Shown: positions 40,137 to 54,268 of the stretch, one piece after another
Layout: each line of letters begins with the position of its first letter
Numbering within the stretch: position 1 is the stretch's first letter
DNA from: Octopus vulgaris
Lineage: Eukaryota
NCBI GenBank assembly: GCA_951406725.2
Contig: OX597821.1
Location: 84,320,001-84,384,000 of the forward strand
Direction of reading: 5' to 3'
DNA: 64,000 nt
Position numbers and translations under genes: made by a program
The notes under the pieces: model-generated
What the model saw: the letters and a program-made list of their open reading frames with translations, nothing else
The model's database searches: none
What the model was told of the DNA's origin: nothing

Positions 40137-43100
40137 CTAAAAAACAAAACAGAAAACAAAAATGTTATTTAGTTCCTTAAATTAGGTTCCATTAAAGGTT
40201 TAACATAATCTAGAAAAATATATAAGGAAAAAGCTAGGGAAGAAAACATGAGCAAGTATTTGAGGTCAAGTAACAGGAGAATGGTTTCAGGTGTCAATGA
40301 AATAAGCTGAAGAAAAAACATTGGAATGAGTATCCTGAAAGAAAACTAGAATGAGTTTATCATCAATAAAAATGTCCACTTTCCCATGCTTGCATGGATC
40401 AAACAGAATTTGTTGAGGTAGATTTTCTACAACTGGATGCCCTTCCTCTCACCAACCCTCACCCATTTCCAAGCAAGGAAATATTTCCCCATGGCCAGAC
40501 ATGGTTTTCATGGAAGTCTGGAAACAAACAGCCTTGATTTAATGACAGAGAAAATGTCAAACGTCACCAATTTTACAGAAAGCAAAAAATGTAAACATCT
40601 ACACACACACACACACACAGGCAGGCAGGCAGAAAAATTGGCATGGTTGCTATGGCATCAGACAGAATTTCTTTTTTTTTTATTGTTTCTTCTTGAGCCC
40701 TAGAATTCATCAGATTATTTCCCAGGTTTCCAAGACATAAGTGACCAAGATCACAACATTCTCCCAAACAGGAAGCCATTCCATAACAAGTCAGACAGAA
40801 TGCCTTGCAGCATTTCTTGTGACTCTCAGCAGAGAGTTCAAATCCTACCAAATTCAACTTTACTTTTCATCCTTTCAGGGTCAATAAAAAAAGTACCAAC
40901 CAACCCAAGACACTGGATTAGTGGAACTGTAAGAACACAAGACCAAATATCTTGTGGTATTTGCTGTGGCTCTTTGTATTTCAAGTTCAAATCTTGCCAT
41001 AGCCTACGTGGGTGGTAGACTTGATCCATCACTGAGTTTTAACATCATCAAATGGCGCCCTTAGTTGCCTTTGGTAGGGGGGGGCCATACTGTTGCAGGG
41101 ATTTAAGCCAGGTTTCTAGTTTGAGGATACTTTCCTCCCTCTCCCTGTCTTGCACCAGTTGCAGAGACTCTGTAAAAGGTCACGGGTACTGCCTTCTTCC
41201 ACCCAGGCACCGCTGTGCAGTTAAGAAGCTTGCTTTGCAAGCATATAGCTTCAGATTCAGTACCATAGCATGGTACCTTGGGCCAATGTGTGGTACTCTG
41301 AGCTGACCAATGCTTTGTGTATGAAGTTGGTAGATGAAAATGGTATGGAAACCCATTGTGTGTGTATGTAGAGAGAGAGAGAGAGAGAGAGAGACAGCAA
41401 GCTGGCAAAAATGTTAGCATGCTGGGTGAAATGCTTGCGGTATTTCGTCTGTCTTTACGTTCTCAGTTCAAATTCTGCCAAGGTCAACTTTGCCTTTCAT
41501 CCTTTCAGGATCAATAAATTAAGTACCAGTTGCATACTGGGGTTGATCTAATCGACTGGTTCCCTCCCCAAAAATTTCGGAATTTGTGCCTAGAGTAGAG
41601 AAAAAAAGAGAAGCGCACAGAGGGAAAGCAGGGAGATGGGAAGGAGGGGATGGGGATATGGAAAAGGGGAGAAGAGTGGGGAGCGACCGGGGAGAGAGAG
41701 GGAGAGATTTTTGTATGTATTTGCCATCCTCCCCCTTGACAACAGGTGTTGGTTTGTTTACACATCATCATAACTCAGTGGTTCAGCAAAAGACAAAAGA
41801 ACAGATAGAATAAGTATTGGGGGTGGGGTCGATCTGTTCAACTAAAACCCTTCAAAGCAATGCCCCATCATGGTTGTAGTCCAGTGACTGAAACAAGTAA
41901 AATGTAAAAGGTACACGTGATGGGCTTTGTATAGTTTCCATATACCAAACTCTCTCATAAGTCACTGGTTAACCAAGGGATACAGCAGAAAAGACACTTG
42001 GCAGCGAGCTGGCAGAAACGTTAGCATGTCGGGCAAAATGCTTAGCAATATTTCGCTGTCGTTACGTTCGGAGTTCAAATCCTGCTGAGGTCGACTTTGA
42101 TTTTCATCCTTTCAGGGTCAATAAATTAAGTACTAGTTACGCACTGGGGTCGATGTAGTTGACTTAATCCCTTTGTCTGTCCTTATTTGTCCCCTCTATG
42201 TTTAGCCCCTTGTGGGTAGTAAAGAAATAAGAAAAGACACTTGGCCAAGGTGCTGCACAACTGGACTGAATGCAAAACTATGTGGTCTCGGAGTGAACTT
42301 CTTAACAACACAGCCTTGACAGAAGGCAATCAACTAGATGTCAACAAAGTAGCTAAGCTATTGCAAATGCAATCGCAGCAGCAACATTTTATAACTCATT
42401 AATTATATTCACATTAGAGATTCCAATCTCTGAAATAATAAAAAAAAATTTTTAAACACAGACATAAGAGAAAATAAAACAAACAAACCTGTTTTGAAAC
42501 AGGTTTTTTAGTGTCAATGTTCTACACATCCAGCATGACGGAATGCGTTTAGAAAACGTCTCGGGGCAAATGGATATACTTTTATTGCTTATTTCTAATA
42601 TCCATATTATGTACTTTTGTATATTGTAATTAACTTTGGAGCCTTATCAAGGCATATCATCATCATCATAATCGTTTAACGTCCGCTTTCCATGCTGGCA
42701 TGGGTTGAACGGTTCAACTGGGGTCTGGGAAGCCAGAAGGCTGCACCAGGCCCAGTCTGATCTGGTGATGTTTCTACAGCTGGATGCCCTTCCTAACACC
42801 AACCACTCCATGAGTGTAGTGGGTGCTTTTTACATGCCACCGGCACAGGGGCCAGACGAGGCTGGCAACGGCCATGGTCGGATGGTGATTTTTACGTGCC
42901 ACCGGCACGGAGGCCGGTCGGGCGGCACTGGCTACGGCCACGTTCGAATTAATTCTAAGAAACACACATATCATCATCATTGTTATTTTAATGTCCACTT
43001 GTCAATGCTTGCATGGGTCAGACAGAATTTGTGGTGGATTTCTATGGCTGGATGACCTTCCTGCTGCCAACCCTCACCTGTTACAACTATCACATGCTGT

Positions 43101-43522
43101 CTAAAGTAAATAGTAATACATATGCATGCATACACACACACAAACACACATATATGCACAGTGTCTGTCTACCAAATCCATTCATAAGGCTTTGGTTGCC
43201 CGAGGGCGAGGGTGAAAAACACAAGCGGAAAGTACCATATGGTGGGACTGAACTTGAAATTAAATAGTTTGAAAGTAAACTTCTTACCACAGAGCCTTAT
43301 GACATGCTTCACAAACATGTAAGAGTGGCTGTGTGGTAAGTAGCTTGCTTACCAACCACATGGTTCCGGGTTCAATCCCACTGCGTGGCACCTTGGGCAA
43401 GTGTCTTCTACTATAGCTTTGGGTCGACCAAAGCCTTGTGAGTGGATTTAGTAGATGGAAACTGAAAGAAGCCCATTGTATATAGGTATATATATATATA
43501 TATAAATATATACAAACAAATA

Positions 43523-43907
43523 TCTCTCTATATATAAACGGCAGTTTGTCTGTGCGTGTTTCTGTGTGTCTGTTTTCTCGTACCCTCACCCTGACCACGG
43601 CTTTCAACCGATTCTGATGAAACTTGACACACGCATAGCCCAATGTCATAATTCAAAACTAACGCAGCGAAAATTTTGAAAAGTTCCCCCAGTTCTGAAA
43701 AAAATCGATAAATTCGACATGGGGTCGAGAATAAAAAAACAAACCACAGACTGTCTAGGGGACGCAACTCAACCTTTTTTTACTCTCAAAAAACAATTTA
43801 CCATAATTTTTTTTCCATTTTTTTGCTATTTTTTGGCTATAACTCTCTAAAGATGCTTTATAGTTATTTCCCTTACAAACCTGAGCAACGCCGGGCGATA
43901 CTGCTAG
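43523..43907 (+). mobile_element. Non-autonomous Helitron inserted in the AT tract of a family-1 SINE (43318-44175)
   Basis: A|TC 5' end (tctctctatatataaa), 3' imperfect hairpin cctgagcaacgccggg, CTAG|T terminus, no TSD. Confidence 0.85.
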
Positions 43908-44219
43908 TATATATATATATATACATAGAAATATATATATTTATATATATATACATGTGTGCATATATTTGTGTGTCTGTGTTTGTTCCCCCCACCAACA
44001 TCGCTTGACAACCGATGCTGGTGTGTTTACGTCCCCGTAACTTAGTGGTTCAGCAAAAGAGACCGATAGCATAGGTACTAGGCTTACAAAGAATAAGTCC
44101 TGGGGTCGATTTGCTCGACTAAAGGTGGTGCTCCAGCATGGCCGCAGTCAAATGACTGAAACAAGTAAAAGAGTAAACACAACACCACAAAACTTATCAG
44201 ACCAATAAATAAACAAACA

Positions 44220-44839
44220 AATAATAATAACAGTGATTTCAAATTTTGGCTCAAGGCCAGCAATTTCAGAGGAGGGGGTAAGTCAATTACATCAACCCCA
44301 GTGCTCAACTAGTACTTATTCCACTGACCCAGAAAGAATGAAAGGCAAAGCTGACTGCAGCAGAACTTGAACTCAGAATATGAAGATGGATAAAATGCCA
44401 CTAAGCATTTTACCCAGAATGTTAACAATTCTGCCAGCTCACCAGCATAATAATATAAATAGTCCTTTCTACTACAGGCACAGGGCCTGAAATTTGGGGG
44501 AGGGAGACAGACGATTACATTGACCACAGTGCGCAACTGGTACTTATTTTATTGACCTCAAAAGGATGAAAGGCTAAGTTGATCTCAGCAGGATTTGAAC
44601 TCAGAACATAAGGACAAATAATAATAATAAAAATGATTTCAAATTTTATCACAAGGGTAGTAATTTTGAGGAAGGGGTTAAGTCAATTGCATTGACCCCA
44701 GTGTTCAACTGGTACATATTTTATCACCCCCAAAAGGATGAAAGGTAAAGTCGACAAATTTGAACTCAGAACGTAGTGGCAGATGAAATACCGCTAAGCA
44801 TTTCACCCAGTGTGCTAACAATTCTGCCAGCTCACTGCC

Positions 44840-44880
<41 letters not shown>

Positions 44881-45062
44881 CCTTTCTACTGGAATCACAA
44901 GGCCTCAAATTTGCCAAACTGGTACTTATTTAATCAACCCCAAAAGGATGAAAGGCGAAGTCAGCCTCAGCGGAATTTGAACTCAGAATGTTGCAGCAGA
45001 CGAAACACTGCTAAGCATTTCGCTTGGCATGCTAACAATATTGCCAGCAAGCCGCCTTAATA
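44220..45062 (-). mobile_element. Tandem cluster of ~4 Nin/Deu-like SINE copies with (AAT)n spacers
   Basis: Reverse complement of the 194-1080 unit. Similar copies: 37735-37948(-), 41395-41600(+), 42000-42230(+), 49135-49600(-), 60965-61185(-). Confidence 0.75.
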
Positions 45063-46081
45063 ATAAGCAAAGAAAGCAAACAAACACACCCTGAAAGATA
45101 TTTTCTCATAAATTAATATTTATTTGACATCTCTTTGAACCAGACAGCACATAAGAGAACACTGTGTGTGTGTATTCACAGACACATACAAGTAACACAG
45201 AACAAAGCAGCCTATACACCACTCATGTGATTTGCTGATAGACACGGAGACACAGATATCCATAACAACATTGAACCTGAAGAAAGAGGCAATTCCTTCT
45301 TAGGTTATTCTTGTAAAATTCATTCCACCAGATTTCATACTACTGACCTACTACAAAATTACTGGAGCATGTTGAAATTAATTTAATAAAATTGTGGATG
45401 GACAAATTTTTTTAAAATTTCTTTACAAAAACAAAAATTAAAAAAAGAAGAAACAAATGTTGTTTTGGGATTACAATTCGTCAAGTCAGAAAAAAGTCAT
45501 AGTGTCTGAATAAATAATTAGTGTTTAATTTGTCAAAGTTCTGAGAACATATTTAAGTAGAGCCTCAAGGAAGAGAAGTAAAGCATCAAATAACAAGCAG
45601 AGAGGGTGACTATTGAGTAAACCATTTACACAAAGGTGCCTCAAAATATTTGAGAGGGGCTTCTTTCAGTTTCCTTCCACCAAATCCACTCACAAGACTT
45701 TAGTTGGCCCACAACTATAGTAAGAGATACTTGCCCAAAGCTCTGCACAGTAGGACTGAACCTAAAACCACATGGTTGGGAAGCAAACTTTTTAACCACA
45801 CAGCCATGCCTGTGCTTTTTGGAACAATTAATCCTTTAGCATTTAAACTGGCCTCTTACACTTATCCTACAATGCCATTCTAAAAATAATCACATCATCG
45901 AAATCTTTAAGCTTTGAGATAATGCCTGGTTGGTACAAAATCATCATTGCTCAACATCCGTTGTCCATGCTGGACAGTATGACCAGAGCTAGCAAGCTGG
46001 AGTGGGGGGAGCTACACTAGACTCCAGTTTCATTTGGCATGGATGCTCTTCCTGATGCCAACCACTTTACGGAGTGTGCTG

Positions 46082-46690
46082 GATGCTTTTACAGGGCACT
46101 GCATGGAGACTTTTACATGTCACCACATGGGCGCTTTTACCTGTCGCCACATCGGTACTTTTATGTGGCACCATATAGGCATTTTTACATGTTACTACAC
46201 AGGGGCTTTTATGTGCCATCACATGGATACTTTCATGTGGCACCACAGGCACTTTTACATGTTGCCACACAGGCACTTTTATGTGTCACTACATGGATAC
46301 TTTTATGTGACACCACAGGCACTTTTGCATGTCGCCACACAGTGCTATTACATGTTGTCACATGGGTACTTTTATGTGTCACCACATGGGTACTTTAATG
46401 TGGCACCTCAGGCACTTTTGTATGTAGCCACACAGGCGCCATTAAGTGTTTCCACATGGGTACTTTTATGTGACACTTTTACATGTTTCCACACAGGCAC
46501 TTTTATGTGTCACCACATGGGTACTTTTATGTGGCACTTTTACATGTAACCACATGGATACTTTTATGTGACATCAGACAAGCACTTTTACATGTCGCCA
46601 CAATGGTACTTTTATGTGGAACCACAAAGGCACTTTTACATGTTTCCACACAGGCGCTTTTACATGTAACCACATGGATGCTTTAATATA
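46082..46690. repeat. Minisatellite, 22-24-bp unit (cttttacatgtcaccacatggg..), ~26 copies
   Basis: Direct parsing of units; begins at the gcttttac... position of a family-3 SINE (45941-46090). Confidence 0.9.
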
Positions 46691-47462
46691 GCACAACCAC
46701 AAGTGAATAAAAAAGCATTGTGACAGAATAATCTGATTGCTAAGCGGTTAAATGTACAAATAATGGTCATGCCACTATTACCAAACTAAAAATGGTTAAT
46801 CAAAGAGAACTTGATGGAAACAAGACAAGCAACTAAATGACTGGGTTTGAAAATCTAAGTATTAGCTTTGGTGGACCAATATAGTACACTACTGCCAACT
46901 GTACACAGCAATTTAATTCTTGGAGATTGTTTCAGCTAACATTTCTGGCTGAAATATTCACAACAACTGAAGTTTAATTAATAAAACATTCTAATTAGAT
47001 GGCTGAATAAACTATTAGAGCTACTACGGCCATTAAAATGCCATTAAGCAAAAACAATAAAATAAAAATGGAAAAATAGAAAAACAAATAATTAAAGCAC
47101 TCCCAGACATTATTAACAAGAGATCTAATTAGCAAATTTTTTCTTGTTTTCTTTTTCTTTTAATCAAAAGTCTAATTCAATCCAATATTTCTTGAAATTA
47201 CGAAGCTCGTGACAACAGATATATGAATGAGAAAATTCTAGAAAGACCATTAGTTTAGTGTGTGATTTTAAGTCCACATTTGACCTCAGCATGGCATAGT
47301 GACTGGAACACTTGGTGGATACAAATCATAACATTACCAAAACAACTATGACTAGGTGTACCAATTTCTAAGAGGAATTAATAAGATCAGGATTTTTTAG
47401 ATTAAAAATACTTATAATTACTATGAGTTTAGTTTAACCCATTTACATTTAAACTGACCATA

Positions 47463-47865
47463 GGCGCAGGAGTGGCTGTGTGGTAAGTAGCTTGCTAACC
47501 AACCACATGGTTCCGGGTTCAGTCCCACTGCGTGGCATCTTCGGAAAGTGTCTTCTGCTAAAGCCTCGGGCCGACCAATGCCTTGTGAGTGGATTTGGTA
47601 GACAGAAACTGAAAGAAGCCTGTCGTATATATGTATATATATATATGTGTATGTGTGTGTGTCTTTGTCTTTGTCCCCCCCCCCCCAACATTGCTTGACA
47701 ACCGATGCTGGTGTGTTTACGTCCCCGTCACTTAGTGGTTCGGCAAAAGAGACCGATAGAATAAGTACTGGGTTTACAAAGAATAAGTCCCGCGGTCGAT
47801 TTGCTCGACTAAAGGCGGTGCTCCAGCATGGCCGCAGTCAAATGACTGAAACAAGTAAAAGAGTA
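47463..47865 (+). mobile_element. Full-length family-1 SINE (subfamily b) inserted in a piggyBac MITE
   Basis: Intact A/B boxes and tail; MITE sequence resumes on both sides (aaactgacca|...|tatctggtcaaaata). Confidence 0.9.
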
Positions 47866-49635
47866 TATCTGGTCAAAATAGTCTGTTTTATCCTCAGATC
47901 AGCGAGATCTGGCATCCCTCACTTATACAATTTCCTTTTAAAAAACAAACCCTCACATCACTGAAATCTCAATGAGATAATGCATGGTTAATTCAAAACA
48001 ATACAAATATATAAGCATTAGATTAGAGAGAGTAATCCGAATGCTAAAGGGTGAAAGATATATAAAAGAGATCCTTTAATTGTTTTACTAGTTTGACTGC
48101 AGCCGTGATGGGGAAACCACTTTAAAGGGTTTTAGTCAAATTGACCCCAGGATTTCATCATCATCATCATCCTTTAACGTCCGCTTTCCATGCTAGCATG
48201 GGTTGGACAAAGTTTATTTTTTTATTAAGCCTACTACTAATTCTATCAGTCCTTTTTACTGAACCACTAAGTTGCATGGACATAAACACACCAACACCAG
48301 TTGTGAGGTGCCAGTGGGAATCAAACACAGGCACAAAGACATGCACATGGATATATACAGAAATATATATATGACGGGTTTCTTTCAGTTTCCATCAGCC
48401 AAATCCACTCACAAGGCTTTGGTAGGCCTAAAAACAGTTGTCCAAAGGACCATGCAGCAGGACTGAACCCAGGACCATGTGGTTGGCAAGCAAGTTTCTT
48501 ACCACACAATTTTGTTGATTACATTTAGTTGGATATATTTTGAAGGGTTGGGACACTGAAGAACAGCCAGTATTCAATCTCATGTCTTATTGGCCTAAAA
48601 CATTCAAGTTTAGCTTTCTTCCAAAGAGGAACACAAGAACATGCCAGTGGCATGTAAAAAGCACCCACTACACTCTCGGAGTGGTTGGCATTAGGAAGGG
48701 CATCCAGCTGTAGAAACTTTGCCAGATTGGATTGGAGCCTGGTACAGCCTTCTGGCTTGCCAGACCTCAGTCAAACCATCCAACCCATGCAAGCATGCAA
48801 AGTGGACGTTAAAGAACGGTGATGATGATGATGATGATGTATGTGTGTCTGTTCTCCCCAACATCGCTTGACAACCAATGCTGGTGCATTTGAAACCCTG
48901 TAACTTAGCAGTTCGGCAAAAGAGACCAATAGAATAAGTACTAAGCTTACAAGGAATAAGTCCTGAGGTTGATTTGCTCGACTAAAGATGGTGCTCCAGC
49001 ATGGCAGCAGTCAAAATGACTGCAACAAGTAAAAGAATAAAAGAATATATATACCACAGAAACTGGGTAACAAGTCCTATGAGTCTGGGGGTCGATGATG
49101 AGGATGATGATAACGATAAGTATCAGTAAATGATAGTTTCAAATTTTGGCACAATGCCCGCAATTTAGGGGGAGGGGCAAGTCGATTACATCAACCCCAG
49201 TGCTCAACTGATTTTATCGACCCCCAAAAGGAAGAAAGGCAAAGTTAACCTTGGTGGAATTTGAACTCAGAATGTAAAGACAGACAAAATATCATTAAAC
49301 ACCTTGACCAGCATGGCAACAATTCTGCCAACTTGCTGCCCCTCTGATTGGACAAGTATAACTTAATTGTCAATATCTTGTATATTATTTTCAAATTTTG
49401 GCTCAAGGCCAGCAATACTGGGTGGGGGGATAGGTTGATTAGACCAACCCTGGAGTTTCACTGCTATTTATTTTATTGACCCCAAAAGGATGAAAGGCAA
49501 AGTTAAACATGGCAGAATTTAAACTCAGAACATAAAGATAAATGAAATGCCACCAAGCATTTTGTCTGGCATTGTAACAATTCTGCTATCTTGCCGCCTT
49601 CATATCGGTAAATAATAAAAGGAAAAGTTTCTTAC

Positions 49636-49779
49636 CAACTTGACTCCTCAGGCTGCAGGAACGTAAGTCTAACTTCCTCAGATTTTTACAACTGTCAATA
49701 ACATTGATCAGTTCCAGCTCAGGATGGGTGCCTTCAATTTGGTTACTACCCAGATACAATTCCTCCATTTGACCCTTAG
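49636..49779 (-). CDS. LRRC41: LRRC41-like exon E (144 nt, phase 1-1)
   Basis: tttttttgcag| acceptor, G|gtaaga donor; SKGQMEELYLGSNQIEGTHPELELINVIDSCKNLRKLDLRSCSLRSQV (two ribonuclease-inhibitor-like LRRs). Confidence 0.9.
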
Positions 49780-51465
49780 CTGCAAAAAAAAATAAGCAAT
49801 GTGAAATTAATATGAATTCATCATCATTTAGCGTCCGCTTTCCATGCTAGCATGGGTTGGATGGTTCAACTGGGGTCTGGGAAGCCAGAAGGCTGCACCA
49901 GGCCCAGTCTGATCTGGCAATGTTTCTACGCCTGGATGCCCTTCCTAATGCCAACCACTCCAAGAGTGTAGTGGTTGCCTTTCACCTGACACTGGCACAG
50001 GTGCCTCTATTCACACAAAAATATTACTATTTTATTTGTCTGTCTGTCTGTCTAACAGAAGTCGCTACTGCTGCAAATGCCTTAACTAAGTTCAGCCTTT
50101 GAACCAGCAACCATGCTAAGGTAATGCCTTTAAGGAAGTCAGTCATCTCTATCAACCCTAGTACTTTGTCTAGCACTTATTTTATCCATCACCATTTAGC
50201 TAACAGCTACATCCCCATAGGCATAAAGGGATGTAACTCAGATGAAAGAACTACTTTCTGTATTTTTGTTCAATACATCAGGAATTCCTTGTTGGTCCAC
50301 ACACACACACACACTCACACAAATTAAGGAGAGAATGCTTAACCTGCAGTTTCTCTCACAATATTGGTAGTCTGGGGCTATTATAGGTGGGATTGAACTT
50401 AGAACTACATAGTGACAAAAACTTCTTAACCAAAGAGCCATAACCCCAAGACTTATTCTTTGTAAGCCTAGTACTTATTCTATCGGTCTTCTTTGCTGAA
50501 CTGCTAAATTATGGGGATGTAAACACACCAGCATTGGTTGTCAAGTAATGGTGGGTTGAAAAACACAGATAGAAAGACAGACACACACATGATACATACA
50601 TATATACGCAACAGGCTTCCTTCAGTTTCTGTCTACCAAAACCCACTCACAAAGCTTTATTTGGCCCAAGGCTATTGTAGCAGATACTGGTGAAACTGAA
50701 CCAAGAACCCTGCAGTTGGGAATCAAGCGTCTTACCACACAGCCACACTTGCATCAATTATTCATTTATCATTGTCCAACCCATGCCAGCATGGAAAAAA
50801 GAACATTATATGATGATGATGATTCACAGAGGTGATTTTGGGGTCCTTTTTTTTTTTAACTCAACACCTGAGATAAATGAAGATAGATGTACCAGGTCTT
50901 TAACAAAAATGACATATAGGATTAAAGTCATCCTTTATTGGCCAAATTGATGTAGACACCTCATATGAGTACTAAGGTTCAAAGATCATTTAAGACTGTG
51001 CATCAAATATTTAATCCACAGATAAATCCAAAACTGTTGGCTTTGTGCCAAAATTTGAAATAATAATAATAACGTGTTTGGCACATAAAAAGCACCCACT
51101 ACACTCTCAGAGTGGTTGGCGTTAGGAAGGGTATCCAGCTGTAGAAACTCTGCCAGATCAAGATTGGAGCCTGGTGCTGTCATCTGGTTTGCCAGCCCTC
51201 AGTCAAATCATCCAACCCATGCTAGCATGGAAAGCGGACGTTAAACGATGATGATGATGATGATAAATAGTTAAATTTGCCCTATTTCTATATCTACTGT
51301 ACACGCTATATATCTACATATACACTTATGTCTCTCTTTTCTAACTTTCATACGACATATTCAATGGGGTAAAGCATTTATGTAACTTTCTGGCATGACT
51401 GGCCATACGATCTTAATACATGAAAGTTGAACGATCCATTTGTACGTTAACGGATAACATTTTTA

Positions 51466-51640
51466 GGCGCAAGAGTGGCTGTGTGGTAAGTAGCTTGATT
51501 ACCAACCACACGGTTCCGGGTTCAGTCCCACTGCGTGGCACCTTGGGCAAGTGTCTTCTACTATAGCCTCGGGCCGACCAAATCCCTGTGAGTGGATCTG
51601 GTACACGGAAACTGAAAGAAGCCCATTGTATATAAATAAA

Positions 51641-51676
<36 letters not shown>

Positions 51677-51869
51677 CTGTATTTGTCCCCACAACATCGC
51701 TTGACAACCAAAGGTGGCATGTTTATGTGCCCATAATTTAGCAGTTCGGCAGAAGATGACCGATAGAATAAGTACTAGGCTTACAAAGAATAAGTCCTGG
51801 GATCAATTTGCTCGACTAAAGGCAATACTCCAGCATGGCCACAGTAAAATGACAAACAAGTAAAAGAGT
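51466..51869 (+). mobile_element. Full-length family-1 SINE
   Basis: Same structure as 47463 copy. Confidence 0.85.
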
Positions 51870-53333
51870 TTATAAAAAATATACCTAACAAAAATAAGAT
51901 CATACATGGCTGTAATGATTGATCATGAATGACTGAGGTTCTTTCAAAAGAGGAGTGTGCTCAGCGATGCTCCAGCATGACCACAACAATTATATATATT
52001 GCTATGCTTTTGGTACTTGATTTGATGTTTGACTTAGTCAGTGGTTTTTAATAAAACGTCTGACATTGTCAGTTATGAGAAAACCAAACTATGTAAATGC
52101 ATTATCTAGCTTGGTGTTTTTGGTATCCTGCTTAGAATCTGTCTTTGTTATCTCTTAGGAATCCATAAAATAAACAGTATCAGCAAACATAAGTAATTTT
52201 TTTATGCTTGGTACCTCATATCCATTTTTTTCTTTCTAGTATTTGTAGTTTGGAAGGAACAAAACAAAATGTGTGCTGTACTAACTGCCCCAGCTGAGAA
52301 TTAGGACAGATACATTTAAATGTCAGACAGATAATAACAAAGGAAAAATTAATATGCAATATGTTCAAATATTCAATAATGTTGACAAAGCACAGGTTTG
52401 TAAGTACTAAATGAACTTATTACTTCAAAATTGTGGTTTTAACAGCTTAATCTAATTTCTAACCGATATAACCCAAAGTAAAAGTGAAACTGTTGGGTTT
52501 AAGATTAAGAAACTGGTCAGAGTGCACAAAACCAGGGTCACTGTTCTTCTTTTGCATATTACTCTTCATATCTTAATCAAAAACAGATACTATCAACAGA
52601 TTCATAGTTGAGTGGTTATCAATGCAAGAATAACAAGAAAACTTTCTCTCTCCCATCATGTTGCATATGTAACAAGAGATTGAATCATATATTGGGATCT
52701 GACACACTTCACCTTCACTTCCTCTCCTCCAGGTAACTTGTTATTGACATTCATCACTCCTACCATCACCCATTACCTACTTACAAACAAACATACCTGG
52801 CATCACCACCTATCTCTCATTATCTTCTGCCAACACCATATTCCATTACTCCTTCGTCTATCACCCTCACATCTAATAATTTTTCTCCTGCCATCTTCTT
52901 GCTACTTTCACTACACATACTAATCTATCTTGTCAACACCCTCTTTTCTGGTTGCACTGCATTAAATAGAGACAATATGTAACAATGAGGACTCCTTAAT
53001 CTTACAAGATACATGGTAACCTCACTAGTGTTGGTGCCATAATAAAACATACCAAGTAAAAACTGACTGGTGTTTGGAAGGGCATCCAGCCATAGAAACC
53101 ATCCTAAAATCAGAATGTAACATTAAATAAGAATTGAGTGGAAGTGAGATGACTTGTCCAACCCACTTCAGCATGAAAAACAGACATAAATTGATGATAA
53201 TGCCAAAATTTGCAGAACCATCTAACTCAGGATAATGTAGGAATTCATTTTTGTTTTGTTTTTTTCTTAACTCAAAGTTTTTATAGTTGAATTAGTAAAA
53301 TTAAAGAATACTCTTCAAAGACAAACTACTTAC

Positions 53334-53501
53334 ATGCTATAGCAGCCAGCAACTGACCCATCCAGGCATGTAGGAAGCAACATTTGAGGTTTAGTTTAAC
53401 AAGTGCATTGTCATATGTAATAATCCTTAGCAAGCCTGTCACACCAAACACATCAAAAGTATTATCACGGAGAATCAAGGTCTTCACACCATACAGGGGT
53501 T
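53334..53501 (-). CDS. LRRC41: LRRC41-like exon D (168 nt, phase 1-1)
   Basis: ttcttgcag| acceptor, T|gtaagt donor; EPLYGVKTLILRDNTFDVFGVTGLLRIITYDNALVKLNLKCCFLHAWMGQLLAAIA has two LRR motifs. Confidence 0.88.
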
Positions 53502-54022
53502 CTGCAAGAAAAATAACAGAGAAGGTGAAGCATAAAATAATGAAAGAACTAATAATAATGATTTCTAACATAGGCACAAGATAACAGATTTATTTTTAGG
53601 AATATGCTTGTTCATCACCCTTGTAATTCTCTGCCTCTAATACAAGACTGTATCTTGATCCATAAACGTGTATCCCAATATCTGAAGCCCAAGTGTATGG
53701 GCAGAATTACATCAATATCAGTCTGTGATTGGCTAAGTCCCCTATCCTGAAAGTAGAGAGACTTGTGGTACAAGTCTCAAACAATAAAATGGGAGAAATT
53801 CATACAATATTTTGTGGAGTATTTCTCAATTTAGTCATTCAATTTCCTAAATGCAGTGAATCCTAACAAAAGTCTGTGACAAAAAACGTTGTGACCACTG
53901 TTCAGGTTTCCAGATCACTGCTGCAGAAGCCTGCCACTATCTCATGTTTCCCTTAACATATGTATACAATCCTCTTCTTAAGTACAAATCTTCTTAAGTA
54001 CAAAATATTCCAGCTATAGAAA

Positions 54023-54268
54023 ATGAGGGTGAAGATAGTGCCAATTATTGTTGGTTCCTTGGAGATAGTATCAGAAGGCATCAAGAAAAATATAAAGGAA
54101 ATCAGAATAGAGTTCCCAGTAGAACTGTTAGAAAAGGTTTGCCTCCTTGGCACAGCCGGAATAATCAGGAAAGTATTATAGTTAAAGCCACAGGAAACAA
54201 GCCCACTATGTATGCAAGACTTCAGGAGTTAGAACAAGACCTGAGATAAAAAAAAATTAAATAATAAT
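54023..54268 (+). mobile_element. R4/Dong-type (RLE) LINE 3' remnant
   Basis: MRVKIVPIIVGSLEIVSEGIKKNIKEIRIEFPVELLEKVCLLGTAGIIRKVL* (54023-54181) matches the PIVIGALG...LLGTARILRKVL C-terminus; ends in A-rich/(AAT) tail. Confidence 0.7.

Noticed and set aside
42525-42570. Second hammerhead-like motif (atgacgg...gaaaacgtc)
   Set aside because: No CUGANGA box or convincing stem II.
46082-46690. CRISPR-like array or repetitive His/Cys-rich protein (ORFs 46034-46549 etc.)
   Set aside because: No unique spacers, no cas genes, eukaryotic context; units derive from a SINE and ORFs occur in several frames on both strands.
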